A stretch of DNA of 24,000 nucleotides from contig NZ_CP066369.1 of assembly GCF_016406305.1 (NCBI RefSeq), positions 4,431,894 through 4,455,893 of the forward strand, given 5' to 3'. The translations under genes were made by a program, and so were the position numbers. Under the pieces are notes generated by a model. It saw only the letters and a program-made list of their open reading frames with translations. It ran no database searches and was not told the DNA's origin. This DNA comes from Shewanella putrefaciens. Lineage in GTDB: Bacteria; Pseudomonadota; Gammaproteobacteria; Enterobacterales; Shewanellaceae. This document shows, piece by piece, positions 15,926 through 23,775 of this stretch (within the stretch, counting starts at the first letter, position 1; each line of letters starts with the position of its first letter).

Positions 15926-16135
15926 AATACCACTCCAATTTAGGCGCTAGCGCAACAAATCCATACAAAGGTAATGCCAGAGTTGCCCTAGGTTAAACCT
16001 CACCCCATGACTCATACAAAACGAGCCACAAAGAGTTTACAAACACTTATTTTAAAAGAGATTTTAGCATTTTTGAATTGACCAACCACAAAGGAAAATG
16101 AACAATCTTCAATCTGGTCCTAAGGAACTTATCCC

Positions 16136-16705
16136 ATGTGTCGCTATTCATCTCCGCTAGCCTGCCTGAGCATTGGGCTAATGAGTCTATGCCAACCGCT
16201 TCAAGCGGCCGAGTATAACACTTTGCAGCCATCTGTTATGCCGGATGTCACTGAGAATACCCCTTATATCGCGCTGATGCTCGACTACGTTCCCGCCGCA
16301 GACAATCTCTACGGCATTACGATAGCCCCCTATCATTTCGATGATAATTATCAGCGATGGGGTTATTACTTAGGTTATGCCCGCAGCCGCGAAACCGATA
16401 TTACCGTACCAGAACCCGCGCAGTCCCACCGCCAAGAAAGCCTCTGGCGTTTAGGTTTAAGCTACAGTTTAACGACCGACTTAAGCTTTTATGCGGGCGG
16501 CAGTGCCTATATCAGCACCACAGCTTATACCAACAATATTTCCCCCAGAATTGCTGGCGGTAAACCTACGTGGGAAGAAGATAAAACTACTCAATGGGGC
16601 GCTGAAGCCGGCCTTAGATACCGGCTCACAGAGCATCTCATACTCAGTGCTGGCTATAACTCCAGCACTGAATCTACCGTTTTGAGCATAGGTTATGCGG
16701 GTTAA
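16136..16705 (+). CDS. Putative small outer-membrane beta-barrel protein
   Basis: Signal peptide ending LQA|AEY. Alternating aromatic/hydrophilic strands (WRLGLSYSL, LSFYAGGSAY, AEAGLRYRL, LILSAGYN). SD AAGGAA lies 8 nt upstream of the ATG. No specific family recognised. Confidence 0.5.
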   Translation: MCRYSSPLACLSIGLMSLCQPLQAAEYNTLQPSVMPDVTENTPYIALMLDYVPAADNLYGITIAPYHFDDNYQRWGYYLGYARSRETDITVPEPAQSHRQESLWRLGLSYSLTTDLSFYAGGSAYISTTAYTNNISPRIAGGKPTWEEDKTTQWGAEAGLRYRLTEHLILSAGYNSSTESTVLSIGYAG

Positions 16706-16720
16706 AGAAAGAACCTGAAC

Positions 16721-17113
16721 TTATTGCGCGAGTTCTGCTCGCGCCTTAGTCAGCTCTGATTCGACTTCAGCAACCTTAGCTTGTTTCTTACTGACTTTAT
16801 CCATCGGCTTACCTTCTTTTACCGCTTGAGCCAGCTCATTTTGACGTTCGATTAACTTATCTTCCAAAGCCTGTACTTTTGCCAACCGCTCAGCATATAG
16901 CTTATCGTCGTTACAATGGGCTATGACTTCTTGATAGGCTTTTTCAAGCCCTGCAACTTTATATGTATTACCCGTAGTTTTAGCCTGCTCCATTTGCTGG
17001 CTAATAGCGTCTAACTTTGCGGCGCAGCCGCGTTGGGGTACATCATCAGCAAAGACTGGTAAGCTAAATGCTACAGCTATCATTAATCCCAAAATCACTG
17101 GCTTCATTTGCAT
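16721..17113 (-). CDS. DUF1090 (YqjC-like) periplasmic coiled-coil protein
   Basis: Signal peptide MQMKPVILGLMIAVAFSLPVFA. Two Cys (GCAAKL and IAHCNDD) and a Lys/Glu/Ala-rich helical tail as in YqjC. SD GGGGGA lies 6 nt before the ATG at 17113. Confidence 0.65.
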   Translation of the reverse strand: MQMKPVILGLMIAVAFSLPVFADDVPQRGCAAKLDAISQQMEQAKTTGNTYKVAGLEKAYQEVIAHCNDDKLYAERLAKVQALEDKLIERQNELAQAVKEGKPMDKVSKKQAKVAEVESELTKARAELAQ

Positions 17114-17167
17114 ACTTAATCCCCCTTTCACTCAATGCGACTATTGCTCAAAGATATGGGCAAACTC

Positions 17168-17249
17168 AACTGATGCAACTACCGGATGTGGCTTTGGAGC
17201 CAATGTACTTAAGCAAATGGCCAAGCACCTCTAGCAAGTTGCATCAGTT
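17168..17249 (-). repeat. 13-bp perfect inverted repeat with a 56-nt spacer in the scsD-like / DUF1090 intergenic region
   Basis: AACTGATGCAACT (17168-17180) is the exact reverse complement of AGTTGCATCAGTT (17237-17249). It begins 13 nt downstream of the scsD-like stop. Confidence 0.7.
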
Positions 17250-17261
17250 TGCAGGTTTCAT

Positions 17262-17810
17262 TTAACTAAAGAGCATGCGCCACCACATGCCGGGCAGACT
17301 CGTAAAGCCCGTCGTGTAGTGTTTTAACTCGCCATCTTTAAAGATCATAATGGTTGGCGTCGCCTGCAATGACCAATCTCGGGCTATTTTGCTGTCATTA
17401 TCGTTAATAGTATCAAAGCCATATTCCTGATGTTGAAGATATTTTCTCAGTTTTTCATCTTCACCCGAACCCATGGCAACCGTCACCACGGGGTAATAGG
17501 CCGACATTTGATTGACCGCCGGGCTGACAAAATTACACACAGGGCACCAAGTGCCCCAAAAGTACACCAATACCGCCTGATCTTGGCTGAGCGTGGCAAT
17601 ATCAAAGGAATCCCCTGCTAAGGTCGTCCCCTGTAGCGGCGGCAAATTATCCCGCGGGATATCCCTGCCGCGCCAGATGTCCATCACGCTGGTTACCACT
17701 AGGGCTAACAATAACCAGAGCAGTAGTTGTTTAGTCCAGCCCCACATACGTTTAGGCAAAGAGATCGAAACCTGTTCGGCGCTCATATTTTCAGTTTCCT
17801 TTGGCTGCAT
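17262..17810 (-). CDS. scsD: Membrane-anchored TlpA/ScsD-like thioredoxin-fold protein
   Basis: N-terminal TM LLLWLLLALVVTSV, then active site FWGTWCPVC. The start is 1 nt after the upstream stop (TAAgATG). An alternative ATG at 17786 has SD AAGGAA. The gene symbol rests on operon architecture, not on a search. Confidence 0.65.
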   Translation of the reverse strand: MQPKETENMSAEQVSISLPKRMWGWTKQLLLWLLLALVVTSVMDIWRGRDIPRDNLPPLQGTTLAGDSFDIATLSQDQAVLVYFWGTWCPVCNFVSPAVNQMSAYYPVVTVAMGSGEDEKLRKYLQHQEYGFDTINDNDSKIARDWSLQATPTIMIFKDGELKHYTTGFTSLPGMWWRMLFS

Positions 17811-17811
17811 C

Positions 17812-18636
17812 TTAACTGCTCTTCTGCGTCTTATCTTGGGCGGCTATCGCGGCTTCGAGCTGCTCTTTTAATACTTCATAGGACACTAATCCAGGAATAA
17901 GCGTATCGGCCACTATCATACTTGGGGTGCCGCCTATGCCTAACTCATTCATTAAATTAATATTGTCATGGACCATTTTAGTGACGCGTTCATCCGTGTT
18001 ACCCACCCAACGCTCGGTTGCCGTCAGTTTAGCGACCTTAGCGATGGCGGCGGCATCGAGCCCACGCGGGCTCGACATCAACATATCCTTCACCTTGAGA
18101 TATTTTTCTGGCTCGTTTAACCAAACGGTTTGAGCAAAATCGACCGCCATTTTGGAGCCTTCGCCCTGCAGTGGCACCATTTTTACTATGATCTTTAACT
18201 GCGGAAATTCTTCAATCAGCTTGTTTAATGAAGGCTCGATTTTTTTGCAGTATGGGCAGTTAAAATCGGTGAAATACACCATAGATATTTCAGGCGTTGC
18301 AGCTCCCTTCCATGGATCACTTTTGGTCTCATACATGGCTTGATGATGGGTCACTAGACTCGCCTGCATAGCGGTATTTGCAACCTCTTGCTCCCTTGTT
18401 TGCCACGCAAGAATCGCTTCCCTCATAAGCTCTGGATCATTAATCAAGGCATCTTTAATGATGGCTCGCACTTCTTGCTGCTGCGCCGCCGATAAACTGC
18501 TGTCCTTGGCATGGGCAGAGGTCGTCAGCGAAGGTAAGGCAACCACTAGCATGGCTATGGCGACACCCGAGACTGCAAACATCTGCAACTTACGATTCTT
18601 TAATAAAGGGCTGAATAAACAGTTAAATTTCGACAT
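17812..18636 (-). CDS. scsC: Periplasmic DsbA/DsbG-fold thiol:disulfide oxidoreductase, ScsC-like, with a helical N-terminal extension
   Basis: Signal peptide ...ALPSLTTSAHA. Helical segment QQQEVRAIIKDALINDPELMREAILAWQ precedes the Trx fold with FTDFNCPYCKK. The ATG at 18636 has SD GGAG 8 nt upstream; the ORF remains open to 18708 without an SD. Confidence 0.65.
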   Translation of the reverse strand: MSKFNCLFSPLLKNRKLQMFAVSGVAIAMLVVALPSLTTSAHAKDSSLSAAQQQEVRAIIKDALINDPELMREAILAWQTREQEVANTAMQASLVTHHQAMYETKSDPWKGAATPEISMVYFTDFNCPYCKKIEPSLNKLIEEFPQLKIIVKMVPLQGEGSKMAVDFAQTVWLNEPEKYLKVKDMLMSSPRGLDAAAIAKVAKLTATERWVGNTDERVTKMVHDNINLMNELGIGGTPSMIVADTLIPGLVSYEVLKEQLEAAIAAQDKTQKSS

Positions 18637-18805
18637 AGCTGTGGCTCCAATGACTCGATTGTCCTGCATTAATTTATTTGCGTCTTTCGCTTCAATTGTC
18701 TGTTTCATAATGCGTTTTTATTGCCTTAGGTCAGGACTCAACCTGACCGGAATATTGGTTTAGCCTCACTCGATTAGCGTCCAAATGAATGGCTGTTCGT
18801 TGGCG

Positions 18806-20917
18806 TTATTTCCCTGCCACTGCGGATGGTTTTCCTGTCGATGCTGAAGCCTGTTCTATCGCAGCAAGCACAAGCTCGGTCGATAGAATTTCAGGTAATT
18901 CAATCCCCTGTGGTGCACCCGGGCCGTAAACCACGTTGAATGGCACTCCGAAACGATTATGGCTTTGCAGGTAGTGAGTAATGGGCTCAGAAGGCGTGGT
19001 CCAATCGCCCTTCATCGGCAAAATATGCGGCTGTTGCAACAGGCTGTAGACGGGATCTTGCAAGATCACGCCAACTTTATTGGCCTTACAGGTAATACAC
19101 CAATCGGCCGTCACATCGACAAACACTGTCTTGCCCTGGGTGACCTGCTGATTAATCAATGCTTGATCCAATGGCGTCCAAGCAAGGTCGGCAGGTAAAG
19201 GTTTAGCCCACTGATTCGCCGTCATAAAGGCGATAATAGCCGACAGTAAAACCCCGACACCTAAGCAACTCACCAGGGCAATCGCACCGTATTTTTGGGC
19301 CATAAACACCATGAATATCAGTGCAATGATACCCGCTAGCGGCCAGAGGTAGAGCACATCAATAAAGCTAGCCAACAGACTAATCAGCCATAAACTAGTG
19401 ATCAGCAACATGCCGGAGAAAAACACTTTCACCGTGTTCATCCAGCGGCCGGGTTTAGGGAAATAACCCGCCACCTGCGGAAATGCCGCCACAATCAACC
19501 AAGGGAACGCCATACCCACGGCCAGCGCGGTGAAGATGGCAAACAGGCTCAGTACATCGGCACCTAAAGCGAAGGCGACCGCAGTACCCAAGAAAGGCGC
19601 GCTGCACGGTGTCGCGAGCAGAGTCGCAAACATGCCCTGTAAAAAGTGACCGCTGTTATTATTGCCGCCCGTCGTCGCCAGCTTGGTTTGCACGTTAGAG
19701 GGTAAGTTAATCTCAAACACACCTAACATATTGAAGGCAAACACTGTGGTCACCAGCGCCATAAAGCCAATGAACCAAGGGTTTTGGAACTGCACACCCC
19801 AGCCAATCGCTTGCCCCGTGAGCTTAAGCATTAGGATAAAACCAGCCAGCAACCAGAATGAGGCCAATATCCCCAGCGCCGATGCGATAAACTGCTGGCG
19901 GATTTGATTACGCTTAAGATCGGGCGCAGCCACCACTGAACTGAGCTTCATGCCGAGTACTGGTAACACGCAGGGCATGACGTTTAAGATCAAACCACCG
20001 ATAAGTGCCAGCAAAATCATGCCAAATACCGAGGTGCTTTCTTGGGTAATCACCACAGGCTTAACTTCGGCGCTATATTCTAGGGCTCGTTCGCTATCGA
20101 CGACGGTAACATTCAGCGACTTACCTAAGACTTCGGGCTCGCCCAGCCAGCTTTGACCAGTAAAAATACCAATCAATTGCTGGCCATTTGCCTCACTTTC
20201 GCTTGGCGTTAAGCTCACTAGCTTGAATGTGGTATCCGGCTCGCCATCGATAATCACGGTTGGACTCTGCCAGTTGGCATCATTGAGTCTGACTTCAAGT
20301 TGACCTTTGGTGGCATCCCAACCCATTGTCATGGCAGGATTTTGACCTTCTTGGGTCAACACTTTTTGTGGCACCAGCGACACGGCCTTGTTGTAAGCCA
20401 ACATGGCATCGGTATCTGCTTGCAGGGCATTAGGCGTGAAGTCGAGACTAATCTGATAATCCGTCAGCACACAGATAGTGGTACAGGTCGACAAGGTCAC
20501 CTTGCCACGCAACTGAGTCGGGGCGGCGATATCATCGACTTTCAAGGTTAAGGGAAAGGTGGTATTACCTTTGTAACCAAAGGTTTGTAACCCCAATAAT
20601 GAGAATTCCTCTGGCGCAGGCCATCTCCAATCCACTTGCTGTAGATTGCGTGAGTCATCCCACTTGATACTCGGCGCGATACCGCCTTCACCAGGACTGC
20701 GCCAATAGGTTTTCCAATCGCCTTCGAGTTGTACTTCAAGCACAGCGGGCAAAGTATTAGTTACAGGATCAACCTCCCCCGTTAGCATAAAACGTACTTT
20801 GGCTGGCGGGTGATTATCATTAATCAACCAGCCCGTCGATGCGGCCATGAGCGACGGACTCATCACTATCAAGGCGAGCATCCAGAATCTGGTTAATATG
20901 GATTTTAATGTACTCAT
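18806..20917 (-). CDS. scsB: DsbD-superfamily transmembrane thiol:disulfide reductase with an enlarged (about 270 aa) periplasmic N-domain, ScsB-like
   Basis: 703 aa. Signal peptide, N-domain Cys pair LSTCTTICV, membrane core with NVMPCVLPVLG and ATPCSAPFLG, and a C-terminal thioredoxin domain ADWCITCK. Confidence 0.8.
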   Translation of the reverse strand: MSTLKSILTRFWMLALIVMSPSLMAASTGWLINDNHPPAKVRFMLTGEVDPVTNTLPAVLEVQLEGDWKTYWRSPGEGGIAPSIKWDDSRNLQQVDWRWPAPEEFSLLGLQTFGYKGNTTFPLTLKVDDIAAPTQLRGKVTLSTCTTICVLTDYQISLDFTPNALQADTDAMLAYNKAVSLVPQKVLTQEGQNPAMTMGWDATKGQLEVRLNDANWQSPTVIIDGEPDTTFKLVSLTPSESEANGQQLIGIFTGQSWLGEPEVLGKSLNVTVVDSERALEYSAEVKPVVITQESTSVFGMILLALIGGLILNVMPCVLPVLGMKLSSVVAAPDLKRNQIRQQFIASALGILASFWLLAGFILMLKLTGQAIGWGVQFQNPWFIGFMALVTTVFAFNMLGVFEINLPSNVQTKLATTGGNNNSGHFLQGMFATLLATPCSAPFLGTAVAFALGADVLSLFAIFTALAVGMAFPWLIVAAFPQVAGYFPKPGRWMNTVKVFFSGMLLITSLWLISLLASFIDVLYLWPLAGIIALIFMVFMAQKYGAIALVSCLGVGVLLSAIIAFMTANQWAKPLPADLAWTPLDQALINQQVTQGKTVFVDVTADWCITCKANKVGVILQDPVYSLLQQPHILPMKGDWTTPSEPITHYLQSHNRFGVPFNVVYGPGAPQGIELPEILSTELVLAAIEQASASTGKPSAVAGK

Positions 20918-21079
20918 TTTGTCCCCAAAATAGGCATTAACTGTTGGTTATGCCTTGTAAATGCTTACTTTTCTTCTTAACTCGGTCTCGTTACAGAGAA
21001 AGTAACAGCATAAGAAAAATCAGCGTGATATCAGGCTTAATTCAAGACATTTGATCGGAGATAGGAGGTGTAAAACCGG

Positions 21080-21190
21080 ATGTTTTGCAGCCACTTCATG
21101 CTCTTTCTACCAGCAAACTGGCGAGAAAAGTCAACTACCGAGCGAGAGAAAGCATGCCAAAACAAACTCACCTATCAATTTGATAAATAA
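21080..21190 (+). CDS. Speculative 36-codon small ORF with a strong Shine-Dalgarno sequence
   Basis: TAGGAGGTG (21062-21070) is followed 9 nt later by the ATG at 21080. Product MFCSHFMLFLPANWREKSTTEREKACQNKLTYQFDK, stop TAA at 21188-21190. It is too short for the supplied ORF track and I recognise no homology. Confidence 0.2.
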   Translation: MFCSHFMLFLPANWREKSTTEREKACQNKLTYQFDK

Positions 21191-21197
21191 GTTATTT

Positions 21198-21608
21198 CTA
21201 TTCTTGAAAGCGGCAGAGTGTGAGATGTATTCGCCTAGGCTTCGCCTGATAACTCAATATTGGTAACTGTGTTATCACACGGGAAACGCGGGGAAGTAAC
21301 GGAAGTAGGAACAACAAGATAAGTAATGGAATAGTGCTCGGGGCATCGATACAGGTTCGGATCGACTTCTCAGACAATTCACATTTTTTAGGCCCGCCTT
21401 TAATGAGCTCAGAACCTATCGATTGGGCGTCAACATTGCTCGCCATATTGCTGGGAGCTGAACCAGTGTTAACGGCTGAGTTGGCGCTAGCTGCACCCGA
21501 AAAAGGCGCAGCCGACATCGCCTGCACGCTCGACTCCTTGAGCAGCAAATTAAGTATTCCACTATTTTGAGTCAAACAGAACAAGGTCAGAATGGTAAAC
21601 ACCATCAC
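21198..21608 (-). CDS. Hypothetical protein (orphan-looking ORF upstream of the scsB-like gene)
   Basis: 136 codons from GTG-ATG at 21608/21605. An internal GTG at 21527 has a canonical AAGGAG (21534-21539) at 6-nt spacing and would give 109 aa. The product has a Ser/Ala/Asn/Gly-rich low-complexity region, C-x9-C (CELSEKSIRTC) and a Leu/Pro-rich hydrophobic stretch encoded by a polypyrimidine run. The 3' part has several rare codons (ATA, AGG, CGA). A minus-strand TATAAT is at 21678-21683. Confidence 0.3.
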   Translation of the reverse strand: MMVFTILTLFCLTQNSGILNLLLKESSVQAMSAAPFSGAASANSAVNTGSAPSNMASNVDAQSIGSELIKGGPKKCELSEKSIRTCIDAPSTIPLLILLFLLPLLPRVSRVITQLPILSYQAKPRRIHLTLCRFQE

Positions 21609-21800
21609 GCCCCATAGGTTGCCTGTTTGCTTAGTCGATAACTTAGAAATTTGGATTTCCCTTCGCCTTATTCTTTGATTATAAAGATAAAAATAAAAGT
21701 CTATTCACAGCTAGCTGCAGATAAGACCGGCGGATTGTAACAATAGTTCATCAACAAGCAAATTAATTTGCCTTACCTGAAAAATAGATACAGCCAAAGC

Positions 21801-22550
21801 TTATGCTGAAAACCCGCCATCAATCATCAAACTCGCACCTGTAATGTAGCCCGCTTCAGGACCCGCGATAAAGGCGACAAAACTGGCAATCTCTTCGGCT
21901 TTACCAAAGCGACCCAGAGCACCCATCGCCTTGATTGGCTCAGATGAATCGCCGTTATCAGGGTTCATATCAGTATCCACAGGGCCTGGTTGAATGTTGT
22001 TCACCGTAATCGCACGTGGCCCTAAATCCCGCGCTAACCCTTTGGCCAAACCGACTAAGGCCGATTTACTCATGCCGTAAATCGCACCACCTACAAACGG
22101 AATACGCTCAGCGTTAGTGCTACCAATATTGATGATGCGGCCGCCGTCATTCATATGCAGCGCAGCTTCTTGACTGGCCACAAACACACTGCGCACATTA
22201 GTGTTAACAGTTCGTTCCCAGTCTTCTAGCGTCAGATTTTCGATGCTATCCCAAATCAGCGTGCCCGCATTATTAACCACTATATCTAAGCCACCGAAAT
22301 GCGCTTTGGTCTCGCGGATGGCGCGGCGAATCGCTTCCGGCTCTGTGCTGTCGGCCTTAATGGCAATGGCTTGACCGCCATGGGTGATAACGTCGTCAAC
22401 TAGCAATTGTGATTGGGCCTCAGATGACACATAGGTAAAGGCAACCGCGGCGCCCTCACTCGCTAAACGCTTAACGATGGCAGCGCCGATACCTCGGCTA
22501 CCACCTTGTACAAAAGCCACTTTACCTTGCAGATTATTCGACGATTTCAT
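21801..22550 (-). CDS. Short-chain dehydrogenase/reductase (classical SDR, FabG-like)
   Basis: VQGGSRGIGAAIV (Gly-rich NAD(P) loop), NNAG, catalytic YGMSK. I chose the ATG at 22550 (MKSSNNLQGKVAFV), giving 249 aa. The 42-codon upstream extension to 22676 would run into the divergent promoter region. Confidence 0.85.
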   Translation of the reverse strand: MKSSNNLQGKVAFVQGGSRGIGAAIVKRLASEGAAVAFTYVSSEAQSQLLVDDVITHGGQAIAIKADSTEPEAIRRAIRETKAHFGGLDIVVNNAGTLIWDSIENLTLEDWERTVNTNVRSVFVASQEAALHMNDGGRIINIGSTNAERIPFVGGAIYGMSKSALVGLAKGLARDLGPRAITVNNIQPGPVDTDMNPDNGDSSEPIKAMGALGRFGKAEEIASFVAFIAGPEAGYITGASLMIDGGFSA

Positions 22551-22596
22551 AGTTTGCTCACTCAATAGGGATTTTAAATTGGCTATATAGAACAGC

Positions 22597-22615
22597 ATTG
22601 ATAATCCATCACAAT
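22597..22615. promoter_or_regulatory. Candidate LysR-type T-N11-A operator in the SDR/LysR divergent intergenic region
   Basis: ATTG-ataatccatca-CAAT: 4-bp inverted arms with an exact 11-nt spacer, lying between the SDR start (22550) and the LysR start (22699). Confidence 0.4.
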
Positions 22616-22698
22616 ATGGCTGCCGTCCGGTGTTAACGCTCATTTTCATACTCTGGTAGTAGCTTACGCGATTCACTTATGCTGATTAAGTCACTAAA

Positions 22699-23661
22699 AT
22701 GACCTTCACTAAGTCCATAGAGGAATTAATTGCCGTGATAAATAATCAATTTGTTGAGATACGCCATTTCGTCACAGTTGCCCAGCTCGGCAGTTTTACC
22801 TTAGCGGCGCAGGCGTTAGGCATGACTGGTTCGGCGCTCAGTAAAAGCATAGTGCGCTTAGAAACCCGCTTAGGCACTAAACTGCTGCATCGCACCACAC
22901 GGCGCGTGAGCTTAACCAATGATGGCGATTCGTATCTCACTGATTGCCAAAATGCCATCGCAATCCTAGAAAATGCCCAGAGCCGACTCGGCAGTGAACA
23001 ACAAATTCCCTCGGGTCGAGTACGAGTCGATTTACCCGTCACCTTTGGGCGGCGATATATACTGCCTAGCCTATTATCGCTATCGCAAAAATATCCCAAA
23101 CTCGAGTTATCCATCACCTTCAACGATAGGGCGACAGATCTCTTCAATGATGGAATTGATTTAGCCGTGCGTGTCGGGCAACTCGGCGACACTGTGGATT
23201 TAGTCGCCCGTAGATTAGGGGAACAACGCCGAGTGATCTGCGCGTCTCCCGCCTATTTCGCTCTACTCGGCACGCCACAAAGCAAAGAAGATCTCAGCCA
23301 GCACCAATGCATTGTCGGTTGGCCGCTCGGGCAGCAACATCGCTGGTCACTTAAAAATGAGGATGGGATCATCGAGGCCCATGACATTCCAGTGCGCCAC
23401 GAAATCGCCGATTGTGAAGCCATTTTAGCGGCCACACTGGCGGGAGTCGGTTTAGCGCAAGTGCCGATATGGCTGGTTGAAGACCATCTTAAAACCGGTG
23501 AGCTTGTTTCGGTACTGGACGACCTCGCCAGTGACGACACGCCCATCCACCTGATTTGGCTAAAAACGCCTTACCTCCAACCCAAGCTACGAGTGATTAT
23601 CGAAGAACTGCTCGAATTAGCCAAAGCGCCACACAGCAGGTTCAAAGCGGCGATAAGTTAA
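22699..23661 (+). CDS. LysR-family transcriptional regulator
   Basis: N-terminal wHTH FVTVAQLGSFTLAAQALGMTGSALSKSIVRLE and a C-terminal substrate-binding domain. It is divergent from the SDR gene. An alternative GTG start at 22735 has SD GAGGA. Confidence 0.9.
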   Translation: MTFTKSIEELIAVINNQFVEIRHFVTVAQLGSFTLAAQALGMTGSALSKSIVRLETRLGTKLLHRTTRRVSLTNDGDSYLTDCQNAIAILENAQSRLGSEQQIPSGRVRVDLPVTFGRRYILPSLLSLSQKYPKLELSITFNDRATDLFNDGIDLAVRVGQLGDTVDLVARRLGEQRRVICASPAYFALLGTPQSKEDLSQHQCIVGWPLGQQHRWSLKNEDGIIEAHDIPVRHEIADCEAILAATLAGVGLAQVPIWLVEDHLKTGELVSVLDDLASDDTPIHLIWLKTPYLQPKLRVIIEELLELAKAPHSRFKAAIS

Positions 23662-23775
23662 AGGTTCAAACCCTTTTATTTACCCAAATGCGACTTAGGC
23701 AGTGACTAATGCGCAGTAAATTGTTTATGTTAGGGCAGAATATTGACTCAGATGGATACCGGAGCCAGAAAATCA

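Noticed and set aside
16047-16232. 61-aa minus-strand ORF across the start of the outer-membrane protein gene
   Set aside because: It overlaps the SD and signal-peptide region of the better-supported plus-strand gene and has no SD of its own.
16726-16744. GC-rich hairpin GCGCGAG-ttctg-CTCGCGC just past the beta-barrel gene stop
   Set aside because: It lies inside the DUF1090 coding region (encoding ...ARAELAQ) and lacks a T-run on either strand. It may help terminate the convergent transcripts, but I cannot call it a terminator.
17068-17265. 65-aa plus-strand ORF spanning the scsD-like/DUF1090 spacer
   Set aside because: It is antisense to the operon direction, has no SD, and is largely made of the inverted-repeat sequence.
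20990-21006. GTTAC-N7-GTAAC inverted repeat, and the nearby GTAA-N4-TTAC, upstream of the scsB-like gene as a possible CpxR/CusR-type site
   Set aside because: Arms of 4-5 bp are expected by chance many times in an 880-bp AT-rich region, and neither matches the direct-repeat GTAAA-N5-GTAAA CpxR layout.
21051-21266. 71-aa plus-strand ORF (TTG start)
   Set aside because: Its start codon lies upstream of, and out of frame with, the strong AGGAGGTG that serves the 36-codon ORF. It has no SD of its own and gives a Cys/Ser-rich junk-like product.
21334-21570. 78-aa plus-strand ORF antisense to the 136-codon ORF
   Set aside because: It has a GTG start with only a GGA 3 nt upstream and no motif. 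I cannot formally discriminate it from the minus-strand ORF, but its initiation signals are weaker. The locus is kept as a finding instead.
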